From positions 2,790,001 through 2,854,000 of the forward strand of contig NC_043008.1 of the NCBI RefSeq assembly GCF_006345805.1: a DNA stretch of 64,000 bases, given 5' to 3'. How positions within the stretch are numbered: the stretch's first letter is position 1; each line of letters opens with the position of its first letter. The notes beneath the pieces are model-generated. The model was not told where the DNA came from and ran no database searches. It worked only from the letters and a program-made list of their open reading frames with translations. This document shows positions 40,209 through 51,878 of this stretch, piece after piece. Made by a program: the position numbers and the translations under genes. The DNA comes from Octopus sinensis. Lineage: Eukaryota.

Positions 40209-41983
40209 CGTATATATTCATACATATACATGTGTGTGTGCGTTCAGTGATAAAGTAGCAAATGCATATCAACTCACTCGAGTAATGGAATTCAATATTG
40301 TTTCATAAATTTCCAAGAAGAATGTCTTGCCTGCGTTTTGTAAATCATAATATAAAAAGAAAAGAGTTTTCGTTTTTTTGTTTGTACTTGTGTAGACATT
40401 CAAATGCTCCGGAATAACTTTTACGCATACACTTTAATCCTTTCATAATCAGGATAGGGAAATTCTAGTCTCATTAATAATACAAAACTAGCAAAATATT
40501 GTATTCGCAACGCCAGTCCCACTGAGCGCTTAAACAAAGGTGAAACCCACACCAGGGAAATTAACAACCAAAATGATATGATTGAAATAAAGAAAGGTAG
40601 ACGCACTTAATATGCCTTCCTTAATTATTACAATAGGCTTTACACGTCTCTCTATTTTATTTAATCTACATTGTGAATAGAAATTCTCTTATGGTTCATT
40701 GTTTTTCTTTTTCAGTTTTCTCCCAATAACATACATTTATTTTTCTTCAAAAAACAGTCATGTTATTTGTTTTTAAATTTTATTAATGATGATGGCTTCC
40801 GAATTTAATAATATTTTATAGAATTACCAACATTTCGTGAGGGTTATCACTTGATAGGTAAGAATTACCAAATATTTCCAGTTGATTAGAAATATAAGAA
40901 TTAATTTTGTAACACTGTCCAACATGAGACCCGCATAAATTAGCAGATTATAGTTAGTATATATGTGCAATGCTCATTTTACACAGGCAGATATCCAAGA
41001 TGGTATTGATGAAACAAAGAGCCTTCTCACAAAAGAAAATACCATTGCTAAAGCCCTTTCTTCAGTTCGTTTTCTTGTGTCTGTCATCCCATCTGTTGGC
41101 CCGTGCTCCTCATGGCTTGCTAGATCATGGACAATTCCAAATGCATCCGCATATTTTCAAATATACTTCCCTCTACTGAGCCTATGAATCACAGTAACCA
41201 TCGTGCGCAATACTGCCTACCTTGGATATCATCTCTCTAGGTTTTCTTATTGTCTATGTTATTTCTTCCTACTCCATTTTCAGCTAGCCAAGAATCAAAC
41301 CAAATGTGTTTCAGTCCCTTACCTTGGACACCTCAGACGACAATCACAATACAACATAGAATGTAAAAGAGACCAAATGTATATTTCTGCAACTTAAAGA
41401 AAAGAACAGATTGATAAACAAGAAATGAATACAATAGGAAAAGTAATTTACTCTTAAATTTATTTAGAAGTAAATACTTGCTTACTTTTCTGTTATTCTG
41501 TGTTCCGGGCTCAAATGGTATGCAGGAAATAGCAGTGCAGTGCATTTTAAATGACACCATCATTTAAAAAAAGAATAACCTTCATTAAATATTGTTGAAT
41601 GTACTTCAGGACATAACGTTGTTATTTAAAAATGTGTTGCTTAGGCATGGACTGCTGCAAGTACTGACCTGCGAGAGAAAGCGCCGCTTAAACTTAAATG
41701 TGCTGGCCATCAAGGAGACTTAGTAAAATAATTTGTGCATGTATTTCTTTCAAAACTGATCTACATCTTCTTTACTTTTATATCTCATAAACAGTTCGGG
41801 GTATTCTTTTATCAAAAACAAAATTATACGTTATATGCGATTAGTAATTTAAGTCATAGGCGCAAGGAAAGTGAGAACAATTGTTAATTTAGAAGTGCGA
41901 AACTTCGATATAGTGACATGCAAGAGGCATACTCGTCGGTGAAAACACAATAGAGGCAACTACATTACGGGCGCAAATTGTAT

Positions 41984-42020
<37 letters not shown>

Positions 42021-42164
42021 CAATCGATCTATTTATCTATCTATCAATATATCTATGCACTTATGAATGTGTCGATTGTATATTTAGTAACTACTACGTT
42101 ACTTGCACTCACATATCTATATACACGTAAAAACACTTTGGATTTATTGATCATCTTTAAATAG

Positions 42165-42634
42165 GTCGACCACACCATCAATGGACAGTCCTATGCAAAC
42201 TTGCTGAAGCAGTTACAAAAACGTTCATGACCAAACACCAAAGTAAAATGGCGTAATATATCATGCTTCATCAGGACTATGCTCCAACACACAGTGTTTG
42301 GTAACAAAGGCTGCTGTGTTTAACTCTGATTTGAGTCTGTTGATCAACCTCCTAGTTTTTCCCATTTTACACCATCTGACTGTCATCTATTTCCCAACAT
42401 TAAAAAACAAATTTGATTGATAGCAGTGTCGCAGTGATGACGTCACATCTGCTATTGATGACGTTTTTGAGCAACAGGAAGAAACCTTCTTCCCCAATGG
42501 GATCCGAGCACTGCAGTTCCGATGGAAGAAGTGTATTGGCTCAAATGGGGACTGCATTAAAAATTAAACGTTATTTGGTCACATACCATGAGAGCATCTT
42601 GGTCAGCCAATGTACTTTTGAACCGACCCTCATA
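42165..42634 (+). mobile_element. Decayed mariner transposase 3' half (irritans-like)
   Basis: HTINGQSYANLLKQL, LHQDYAPTH, PSDCHLFPNIKK, IRALQFRWKKCIGSNGDCIKN*. Terminal repeat ttttgaaccgaccctca|ta. Confidence 0.75.
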
Positions 42635-42939
42635 CCTCTTATGAACGTGATTCTATATTGGTTTTCAAGTCCTGAACATTTTTCCGATAATTATCAATAG
42701 AATCACATGTTGGGTACGTTTTGGAACATCGCGTTTATGTGGAATGATATGGTCATGCAATAACCGTGGGTCCAGTGCATGCCATTAATTTAGCCCTGGT
42801 CGAAGATAGCTTTCCCTCTGATAAACAAAAATGTAATATTCAAAAAATCATTCTAAGAAAATTGGGATTTAATATTAAATTCCCGCAATAATTAATTACA
42901 TCATATTTTATCAATTATTTTGTTGGATTACAGTTAAAT

Positions 42940-43135
42940 ATTGAGGTTTCTTTTTTCGGCCAGCCATTATCGAAGTATTGCTAATATCCAATAATATCGA
43001 TATCGGATTTTATAGCTGAATCTATTTCTTTAGTGGCAGCCGACAAACCATCAAGATTTTCATCAATAATTTGATGAATTTCGAATCCAGATGAAATATG
43101 ATTTTTATGACCTTTACGAAAAGTGTAATCAGGTC
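42940..43135 (-). mobile_element. Possible ancient Gypsy pol relic
   Basis: DYTFRKGHKNHISSG...YFDNGWPKKKP resembles the Y..GK.N..AD and ..NGWP motifs after RNase H. Confidence 0.3.
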
Positions 43136-43685
43136 CGATCGGCTGCGCTGATTAATGCATCATCATGCTTATAAAGATGCAATATCCTACTGCTTATTTA
43201 CACAATATTAATAAAATCACGCGATATTGCAGTTGTTGAAACGAAAGCCCCGGATATGTTATCTGGTGAGAATATGTAATCTGTTGGCATCTAATTGGTA
43301 CTTAATTTAAAATATCCTTTTAGAATTTAATAACTTCATCAATATCGTTCTTAATAGATAATCCATCGTCATCGGTTTACACTTGCTGTGGTTGGTGAGC
43401 TTTCTCTCAACTGCATGCGTAATCAAATGACGCTCAAATCCTACAAAGTGTTTATCAAAATATATTACACGGACCGAAAATTGACATGTATGTGTGCAGT
43501 GCTACAAGGATTATACTAGGTATTACAAAGAATATTCCAGACACACCAGTTCCAGCCCTCTTTAAATATGCAAATTTCTTCTATATCAGTTACGATACAT
43601 ATCTATGTTTAAGAGATGAAGAATTACGTACACTATTTACATTATATACATTTGACGGATATTTGTCCTCATCTTGTTTGTTGTT

Positions 43686-43731
43686 AACACAACGTTTCGT
43701 CTGATATACACTCCAGCCTTCATCAGGTGAC
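43686..43731 (-). ncRNA. Minimal hammerhead ribozyme (inverted copy)
   Basis: GTCAC CTGATGA A GGCTG-gagtgtatat-CAGAC GAAA C GTT GTGTT. One stem II mismatch and one stem I mismatch. Confidence 0.65.
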
Positions 43732-43993
43732 TTGGGGATGAAGTTAAAATAATAGACAAAGAACACCACTGGGAAATATGAAAACTAAAAGAAGCAGCCC
43801 ATATGCTAGGACACAACAACCTCCTAAGCAGACTGAGTGCAGATATGAGCAGCATATGGGAACCGGTATTAAGGAAGGATAGAAAAATATTAGATTTATA
43901 AGCCCTAAAATTCATTCCATAATTGCCCATAATTAGTTAAGAGCGTGGGATACTTACCACCAGATTCGGAGTTCGATTCCAAGCAGTGATCTC

Positions 43994-44053
<60 letters not shown>

Positions 44054-44480
44054 CATTGAAATTGAGAAAATGTGGCATCTCAAGGCGGTTACAGAAAATA
44101 TAAAGACCTACTCATTGAAATTGAGAAAATGTGGCATCTCAAGGCGGTTACAATACCAGTGATCGTAGGAGCACTAGGAATGATCAAGAAGGGAACCGAA
44201 AATTATATGAGAATGATCCCTGGCTTACCATCCCTGCAAGAAGTGCAAAAGATTGTCTTAACTGGTACATCACACGTATTGAGAAGAGCATTGTCGATGT
44301 GAGAACTGTTGCTGCTCCTGCATTTTAATTTAACTTTAACAAAAAAAAAAAAAAAAAAATGAACGAACTACTGAGTTTGGTTTAATGGCCTACCAATATA
44401 CACTATGAGTTTCTTTGCCCTAGGACTCGGGAAGACACTCGGCAAGAAATGGAAGAAAATTTGAAAGAAGAAAAAAAAAA

Positions 44481-44481
<1 letters not shown>
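44054..44481 (+). mobile_element. 5'-truncated R4/Dong-clade non-LTR retrotransposon inserted in (AAT)n
   Basis: KYKDLLIEIEKMWHLKAVTIPVIVGALGMIKK...LQEVQKIVLTGTSHVLRRALSM* is a restriction-like endonuclease C-terminus of R4 type. 3' UTR ctaggactcgggaagacactcgg. Flanked by (AAT)n at 43994-44053 and 44482-44571. Confidence 0.8.
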
Positions 44482-44574
<93 letters not shown>

Positions 44575-44632
44575 GAACAACAACAGCGAAAAATACCTTA
44601 GAAATGAGAACCCATGTTCGAAATTTCCCCAA

Positions 44633-44678
44633 GACACCTGATGAAGGCTGGAGGGTATATCAGCCGAAACGTTGTGCT
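44633..44678 (+). ncRNA. Minimal type I hammerhead ribozyme with palindromic stem III
   Basis: GACAC CTGATGA A GGCTG-gagggtatat-CAGCC GAAA C GTT GTGCT: intact core, 5-bp stem II, loop-less ACGT stem III. Confidence 0.75.
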
Positions 44679-44859
44679 AACAACAAAAACATGAGAACAA
44701 ATATTCGTCAAATGTAAATAATGTTCAAATATGATATGATTTCTACTCACCATTACAGTCAATACTTAATCTTCAAACTCTTATGTTAAGTTACATTTCA
44801 GTGTGCTTGCTGCTGGTGACATTAAAATCGCTCTGGATTTCGGCAACTACACATTCATT

Positions 44860-44991
44860 AGTAGCGTAACCATATCTCAGTATTGTTCAACACCTTTCTA
44901 TAAATAATTCTACTCCCCATCTTATGATTTAGATTTTTATCTTCTAAAAGGGTAATATAGTGATGTTCTGAAATCTCAGGCAAAATTGACA

Positions 44992-45066
<75 letters not shown>

Positions 45067-45217
45067 TATATACAGGTTTGCATTTTCGTGCCACAATAAT
45101 GCCGGCAAAAAGAGACATTGGGAAATTTAGACCAAATATAATCAAATCTTTTTTTAAAATTATATCGTCAGCATATTTTGATATTAATAATATTTTGCGT
45201 GGAGATATCTGGGACAT
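44860..45217 (-). mobile_element. Ancient LINE reverse transcriptase relic split by (TA)n
   Basis: [11 protein letters not shown] (YADD motif). After the TA tract, ITLLEDKNLNHK resembles the LG..LD..L.W..H region. Confidence 0.45.
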
Positions 45218-46000
45218 AATTACTCAATTAATTTAGAATAAAATTGAACACATTTCAGAAGCAACGACAGTAGCTATGAGTTATTTCTAATTAATTTTTT
45301 TTAAAAAGAATTCTTCTTTCATTGATATGTGAATTTCGAAATTTTTTAATGATACATTGTTGATAGTTCCTAACCAATAAAATCCTCCACTTAAATCAAT
45401 CAAATATATAATGACACTCGTAACTAATTTAATTCTGATTCAATTATTTACGATTTGTCTCATAATGTAACATGCATTTCCGATTTCTTCATGCAAACTA
45501 TAATGCATCACAAATCTGCTCCAGTCTCTTTATACACAAACGTTAATCTTATGATAGAATTTATAGAAGAGTGTTGCCGATTTCCCGCTACTTCTTTTAT
45601 TTTTCCTCCATCTTCCTATTGTTCATCCGCACTCTCCTGCACCTCGTCATCATGACCATCATCATCATCATCATCATAAAGATCATCATCAGCCTGAATA
45701 TCCTCCTCCTCTTCCTCCTCCTCATCATCATCTTTTTTCTTCTTCCACTTCTTCTAAGTCTTCTTCATCCTCTTCTTTTTCTTCTTCTTCTACTTATTAT
45801 TATTATATTATTATTATTATTATTATTATGAATATTATTATTATCATCATCATTGCCTTTGCAAAGGTTTTAACGCTGGAGGTGTACAGTGTCAGCTGTC
45901 CACTACCAGGGAACTGTGGTTCAGATTTTTCAAGAAAGTTCTTGCAGAATTGTTTTAATTTTGGTTTTAAATGATGCATTTTTAAATTACTTTTGTTAAA

Positions 46001-46391
46001 TCTTTATATATAAAAGTCAAGTTGTGTGACTGTCTCTGTAGAATTTACATTCCTAACTACTCCCACATTTTACATTGCAGTTTAACCAAAACCGGGTATC
46101 TTATAGTCGTGATTCATATCGAGCCCTTCTGGGTATTAGCGCGCGTCTACGATGAGTCTACGATTTAAAAAAATTACCATCATTTTTTCCATTTTAATGC
46201 ATTTTTTTCGCTATTATATAAGGGAAGTAACTCTCTAAAAATGTCTACGATGAGTCAACGATTTTTAAAAAATTAACATATTTTTTTTCCATTTGTAATG
46301 CATTTATGCTATTTTTTGGCTATAACTCTATAAAAATGCATATATAGTTATTTCCCTTACAAACCCGAGCAACGCCGGGCGATACTGCTAG
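46001..46391 (+). mobile_element. Non-autonomous Helitron
   Basis: A|TC 5' end at 46000/46001, subterminal hairpin CCCG-A-GC-AAC-GC-CGGG at 46364-46379, CTAG|T 3' end at 46388-46392, no target-site duplication. Confidence 0.85.
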
Positions 46392-46489
46392 TTACTTATA
46401 TATCATTTTAAAGTCGCCATATCTAATCGTGTTTCTCTTTTTGTTTCTGAATATTTAGGACAATTTTCTGGAACATTGAATAAAACATG

Positions 46490-46693
46490 GACAAAAAGTA
46501 AATTCGCACAATTTTGTTATTTCAGTTCAAACTTGACCGAAAAGATACTGAAACAGCTCGTGATATTAACAATGCGTTTAGCCCAGGAACCGCTCATGAA
46601 CGTACAGCACAATGGTGGTTCAAGAAATTTCGTAGTGGTGACGATAGTCTGGAAGACGATAAGCGTAGTGGTCGGCCATCGGATGTTGACAAC
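46490..46693 (+). mobile_element. mariner transposase N-terminal HTH fragment (Hsmar1-like)
   Basis: LFQFKLDRKDTETARDINNAF..GTAHERTAQWWFKKFRSGDDSLEDDKRSGRPSDVDN. Confidence 0.85.
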
Positions 46694-46851
46694 AGTCACC
46701 ATGACCTTTTTGGGTGCAATTTTGGCTTTGGGACGTGCCCTGGAACTTCGTCGGCGTCCAACCACTGAGCTGAGCGTCGTCAGTTGTCGTAAAGAATCCA
46801 CTTCTCATCGCAAGTCACAATCCAGTCGAGAAACGGGTCATACTTGTTGCG
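46691..46851 (-). mobile_element. mariner catalytic-domain fragment, inverted relative to the adjacent N-terminal part
   Basis: [53 protein letters not shown]. Confidence 0.85.
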
Positions 46852-48199
46852 TAAAAGGAGGGAGGACCTACGACCTACGTTGGACTTCTCATTCGTATCA
46901 ACATCGAATCTGCAGCTTAACCATCAGTCCATAGCACTAACTCGGGATTACCTGACACCTTTGGGTCTTCTTGACACCAATACTATTACTGTTGTGGCGA
47001 GAGTCATCGATACCTCGTGGGGAGTGGAATAATGGACTAGCCGAATTCTTATAAAGAGTAGTAGCGGAAATAGAGTTTTGGTAGTCGCGTGAAATAGGTC
47101 CTCTTAACACATCAATTAAACCTCTGCTACTAAATCTTATATATATACCAACCCGTCGCAGGATATAAAAGTCGCCACCAAATATTCAAAGCTTACGTAA
47201 GACGTTAATTTTTTTGTGGTTCAAAACCAAAGAAAAGATTATGGAATATCTTTTGGCTCGTGTGTTGCAGTTGCAATAGCAACAACAACAAGAAACAACA
47301 CCAGTTACAACTACAACAGTAAACTCGGAGGAATGCTGCAAAGACATGTGCCAGCCAGCAATTTGTGCTGATTCCCATATATATTCGACGTTGCGTAATA
47401 TAAATCCGGAATGAAAAATCTACATCCTCATTTGGAGCAACAACAGAAATGGTCTTGTAAGAAAAGAAGAGGCAGATTATAGGATTGAATTGCAGCCTCA
47501 AACAAAAAGAACTGTGGACGTCAATGAGGTTATCAGATTTTCGTTACGACGAAGGATTTGCCACTCGTCAGAATATTCTTCTCTTTTGCGGATTCATGGC
47601 AAGGAAAAGGGAAGATTACTTCTTCGAAACAAAACCAACAGTCATGGAAGCTACAATAAGTCAATGTCAATGATACTGGATGTGGGCCGAAATCATCCGG
47701 CGAGCCATCAATCAGTACCCGTGAGGCCACAACGACAACTCCCCTTCGAAGTTAAGATTGTTATTTCATTTCAAAAGTTTAAAGTCATGTATTTTATATC
47801 AGGCCAAAATCGCATTAATAAATTCATACAACTTTTCAAGAGAAGGATGACAACAGAGGGAGGGTGCTCCTTTCTTCCGTATATGTAGGTAGATTAGGGT
47901 GGCAAGAGTGCTAAGTCGATCATTGGGTTAAAATATTCATTCGAGGCTATAGTAATGATCCAGCGAAGAGGTTGCAAAATCCTTCCCTTGCTGCACGACA
48001 AAATCGGAAGGCAAGAACAGCTCTATTCTTGAGCTAACCTACTGTTTGGGATTTAAGTCTAGCATCAGGACACCATTGATGAGTTATATTGGTATCTACA
48101 TCATCATCCTCATCCTCATCATCATCATCATCGTAATTATCACTACTATCACCATTATTACTATTAATGTTGTTATTATAAATATTATTTCTATTCTTA

Positions 48200-48345
48200 A
48201 TGCGGCCATTCGGCAGAATATTTAGCGTTTCGTCTACCTTTACGTTCTGAGTTAAAGTTCCGCCCGAGTCGACTTCGCCCTCCCTCATTTCGCTGTTAAT
48301 CGACTTAATCCTTACACCGAAACTGCTGGCTTTGAGCCAAACTTT
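48200..48345 (+). mobile_element. Family A SINE, internally deleted
   Basis: ggcagaatatttagcgtttcgtctacctttacgttctgagttaaagttccgcccgagtcgacttcgcc. Confidence 0.7.
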
Positions 48346-49289
48346 GACATCAGTATGATGAATATTTTTAGTATTTGAACTTGGTGTAATTTCGCATTCG
48401 CTAAATTACAAATTTCCGAAATCGGTTAATGTTTATTCTCTGCTTATATCAATATTCCTTCCTTTCTCGTTCGATATAACATTTTCAACAACCTAGCTGA
48501 CCTTTATTACTCTGTATATTAGCTTTCGTAAATGTATAGTCTGAGAATCATCTTTTAATACATAAAATTTGCCAAATAAGTGAAATATTGGTCTGTGTCT
48601 TGGTACGTATAAGAATTTCATCGGTTTCTGCAGCACGAATACCAGATTATTCAAATCTCAATCCAATAGCGTGTGATGGATTTTTGTTGCACAAAATTGC
48701 ACGTCGCACTCATGGCTGTGGCTTAAACGTGACGATTTGATTACGTATCAGACGAAAGACGATATTTGAAGCATTATCTTGAAATAGCATGCACAAATTC
48801 TAATCTTTATATGATTGGCCAGTTTTCAGTTTTCATTATATATTGCTAATACAATATCCTTACGTATTTCAAGTATTGGAACTGCACATAAAACATCCTT
48901 CCATATTTCACGTCTGTTTTCATTCCCCCACTTCACTCTGTATTTCATGTCTTCTCTATAATAACTATTACTTAAACCTTCTCTCACACCGACTCTGCTG
49001 AAAGGATATATAAAACATCCGGGAAACAGCTGTAATATATTCTCTTTATAAAAATTTTACGTTCTAAAAACATTCATAGCCTTGGATTTTTTAATCTCAG
49101 GTGCTCCAGCATGGCCACATTCATTGTAATGAAATATATAAGAGAATATGCATGCTAATATACGACCTACGTTGGACTCCTCATTCGTGTCATCATCGAA
49201 CCTGAAGCTCAACCATCTGTCGAAAGCAGTTACTCAGGATTACCTGACACCTTTGGGTCTACTTGGCACCAACACCTCTCATACCCTCG

Positions 49290-49324
<35 letters not shown>

Positions 49325-49330
<6 letters not shown>

Positions 49331-49832
49331 TGCCCCCTCGTTATCGAGTATGCCATTGCACGAAGCTTAACTGTTACTGGTGCTGTGATCGAATGTGACT
49401 TTATAGCCCAGCTAAAGATCTACAATGTCTTGTACAAAATTGGCAACTAAGACCTTTACTGGTTATAGCCGGCTGTAGTTGTAACTGGGTTTCATGTACC
49501 TTTGCATGTCATTTAAGTCCTCCTGCCGAATTACACTCTCTTCCACATGCCCGACAGATATGATTAGTATGGTGTGTTACACCACCACCAGTTACTAGAT
49601 TGTCACTCATCTGTCTTGTTTTATGACTACGAAGACGACTCATGAGTCCAGCTTTACTGAGGCAGGGTCTTGCACGGACATTGCAGGTCAGAATCAAAGG
49701 AAGACCCTTCCCTTCTGGAAGTGTAACAGCGATGCCCTTCCTGACATCCCTCCTTACTTTCTCATGTGCAACTGGAGATTTCTCAAACGTGGCTGTCCCC
49801 TCATGCACAATCCTTCTCCGCCTGCTACGATC
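49325..49832 (-). mobile_element. 5'-truncated RTE-clade LINE 3' end with C2H2-like fingers
   Basis: DRSRRRRIVHEGTATFEK...TCNVRARPCLSKAGLMSRLRSH...HICRACGRECNSAGGLK*H, then a 3' UTR ending gcagccatc. Confidence 0.8.
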
Positions 49833-50029
49833 AATAGCATACATACATACATGCTCGCATACATACATATATTCATACATGAACGCACCTTTCCATACAT
49901 ACATACATGCATATGTAATAAGCTCAGATATTGCGCATAAATGTTGTAAAGATAAGAAAAGCGAACAGCTAAAATAATAAGTGGTAAAATGCTTGGAAAC
50001 ATTTCGACCATCTTTACCCTCAGACATGA

Positions 50030-50165
50030 AATGGCGCCGAAATTGGGCTTGACTTTAATCCCTTCGGGTTCGGTAAAACAAGTTCCATTGAGAACTGGGG
50101 TCGATGAAATTGACTTCTCCCCACTTATGATGTTACTGGTCTTGTACCAAATTTTTGTAACTAAT
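50030..50165 (+). mobile_element. Family A SINE fragment
   Basis: gacttt..tcccttcgggttcggtaaaacaagttcc..tgagaactggggtcgatg. Confidence 0.6.
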
Positions 50166-50857
50166 ATATAGAGATAAAGAAAATTCAGCGTTTCTTGAGA
50201 ATTTTCTTGTAGAATTCAGAGAGAGAAAGAGAGAGAGAAAAATATGTGAACCAGTTTCGCCAGTTTAATACGATGCTGGAATAAAATGTAAATAAAAATG
50301 AAAATGATTTTAATTAAAATTTTATATCAATTCCGGAATTTCATAAATAAGAAATAATACACGGTGCCCTATTAAGAAGATGGAATAAAACAGCATGTGA
50401 TATTTTGATTAAAATACATGAACTTGCAGAAAAATTCTTACGAAACTTAATTTAAATTTTCTTCATTTCATTCCACCGGGAAAATCTTGTCTCAAATGAC
50501 CGAAACCAGTGACCTTCTCCCTATTGTTTTCCTGTTTAGCATGAGGAAAATCTCCTATACTCACATTTTCACTGTATGTTATGTGTGCGTGTTTGTGTAC
50601 ATGCGTGCATGTGTATGTGACAATTTTAAATTTAGGTATACACCTTGTATTTGCCAACGCAATGTGGTCAACAATATGATTCTATGTGCGTATGTATGCG
50701 TGCGTGTGTGTGTGTGCATGTGTGAGCATGTATCTATGTATATATCTATGCATGTATGTATATCAGGTACTCTATACCTCGATATGCTTAGTTTGAAATA
50801 CAGAAAAAATGCTTTCCTTTTATCCGTTGTTATTTGGTCTTCTCGCGTTCATTTCTA

Positions 50858-51878
50858 TTGTGTCGTCAAGTATGAAACTTATTGAAAGAAAAAAATTTGC
50901 TAATGTTTTATAAATACAAGGAATAGTTTTATTCATCAAAGTATGCATCCATATTGGCAATACACTTTTCCATATCAGCGGTAGCTTGTCTAGCCCGAGA
51001 TTGTAAAAGCCTGGCAATCTAGAGTCAATAAATTCTTGGAAGGTCTGTTTTACAGCATCGACGGAATTTAATTTTTTCCGTATCAAAAATTTATCCAAAT
51101 TCTGGAAGAAGTGTTAGTAAGTGGGGACAAGATCAGATGAGTATGGTGGATGATGGAGAACTTCCAACTCCAACTGCCGTTGTTTCGTCAATGTCATTCT
51201 TGCGATGTGTGCCCTGGCGTTGTCTTGCAATAAAATAGGAGTGGAGCTTTTGACTATTCTAGGCTGTTTTTGTAAGTTTCTCCATCATTTGGTCCAGGTT
51301 GCTGTATACTTCGGCGGTGATTGATGAGTTCTGATTTTCATTGAATTCATGTGAAACCCACTTATCCAAAATATTCACTTTACCAATTTAAACTAGGTGA
51401 GTCAATATTGTTTGCTTGCTACACAACAATGATAATTCATGGGCATTTTGAGATAGATCTGACTCTACGGTGGCTTTCAGTTCGTCATGATCCATCTTTG
51501 TTTCTCGTCGACCGCGTTGCTCATTTGTGTGATCAAAGTTACCAGAACGAAATTTTGCAATGTGATACCGTCTGCTGTGTAAGAACATTAGAATGAAATA
51601 CTCCATTAATATTCCGAGCTGTGTGTGATGCTGTATTTCCAAGAAAGAACTCATATTTCAAAGCTGTACGAATTTCCGACTTATCTATCTCTAAACAAAA
51701 ATGGCAAAAGAAGATTTATAAAAGTTTTATAAAACGTAAAATGAGTTAGAATAAACAAATATATGTGTCAGCTATCTAACAAAAGATAAAGATTGTCAAA
51801 ATATAATAATGGCGCAAAATGACCCGCTGTCAAAGTTTACCATATACCTTACTACAAATTTCATACTTGACAACCTAA
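50858..51878 (-). mobile_element. Internally deleted mariner element with both terminal repeats
   Basis: ta|ttgtgtcgtcaagtatgaaact ... aatttcatacttgacaacctaa|ta. Minus-strand motifs ILLQDNARAH, HPPYSSDLVPT, LDKLPLIWKSVL, plus an N-terminal RSGNFD...RGR. Confidence 0.85.

Larger units (their letters stand above)
43639..44724 (+). mobile_element. Penelope-like element: inverted terminal-repeat fragment, GIY-YIG C-terminus, terminal repeat
   Basis: 43639-43738 is an inverted copy of 44626-44724. 43738-43900 encodes DEVKIIDKEHHWEI*KLKEAAHMLGHNNLLSRLSADMSSIWEPVLRKDRKILDL*, like the Penelope GIY-YIG end. Each repeat copy carries a hammerhead. Confidence 0.8.

Noticed and set aside
41328-41400. Minus-strand exon AEIYIWSLLHSMLYCDCRLRCP resembling an LRR C-cap
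   Set aside because: Lacks the NP.W context and has no LRR exons nearby. Splice sites are good but insufficient alone.
44072-44302. 76-aa ORF MASQGGY... as a small gene
   Set aside because: The ATG comes from the 41-nt junction duplication and the rest is the R4-like endonuclease tail.
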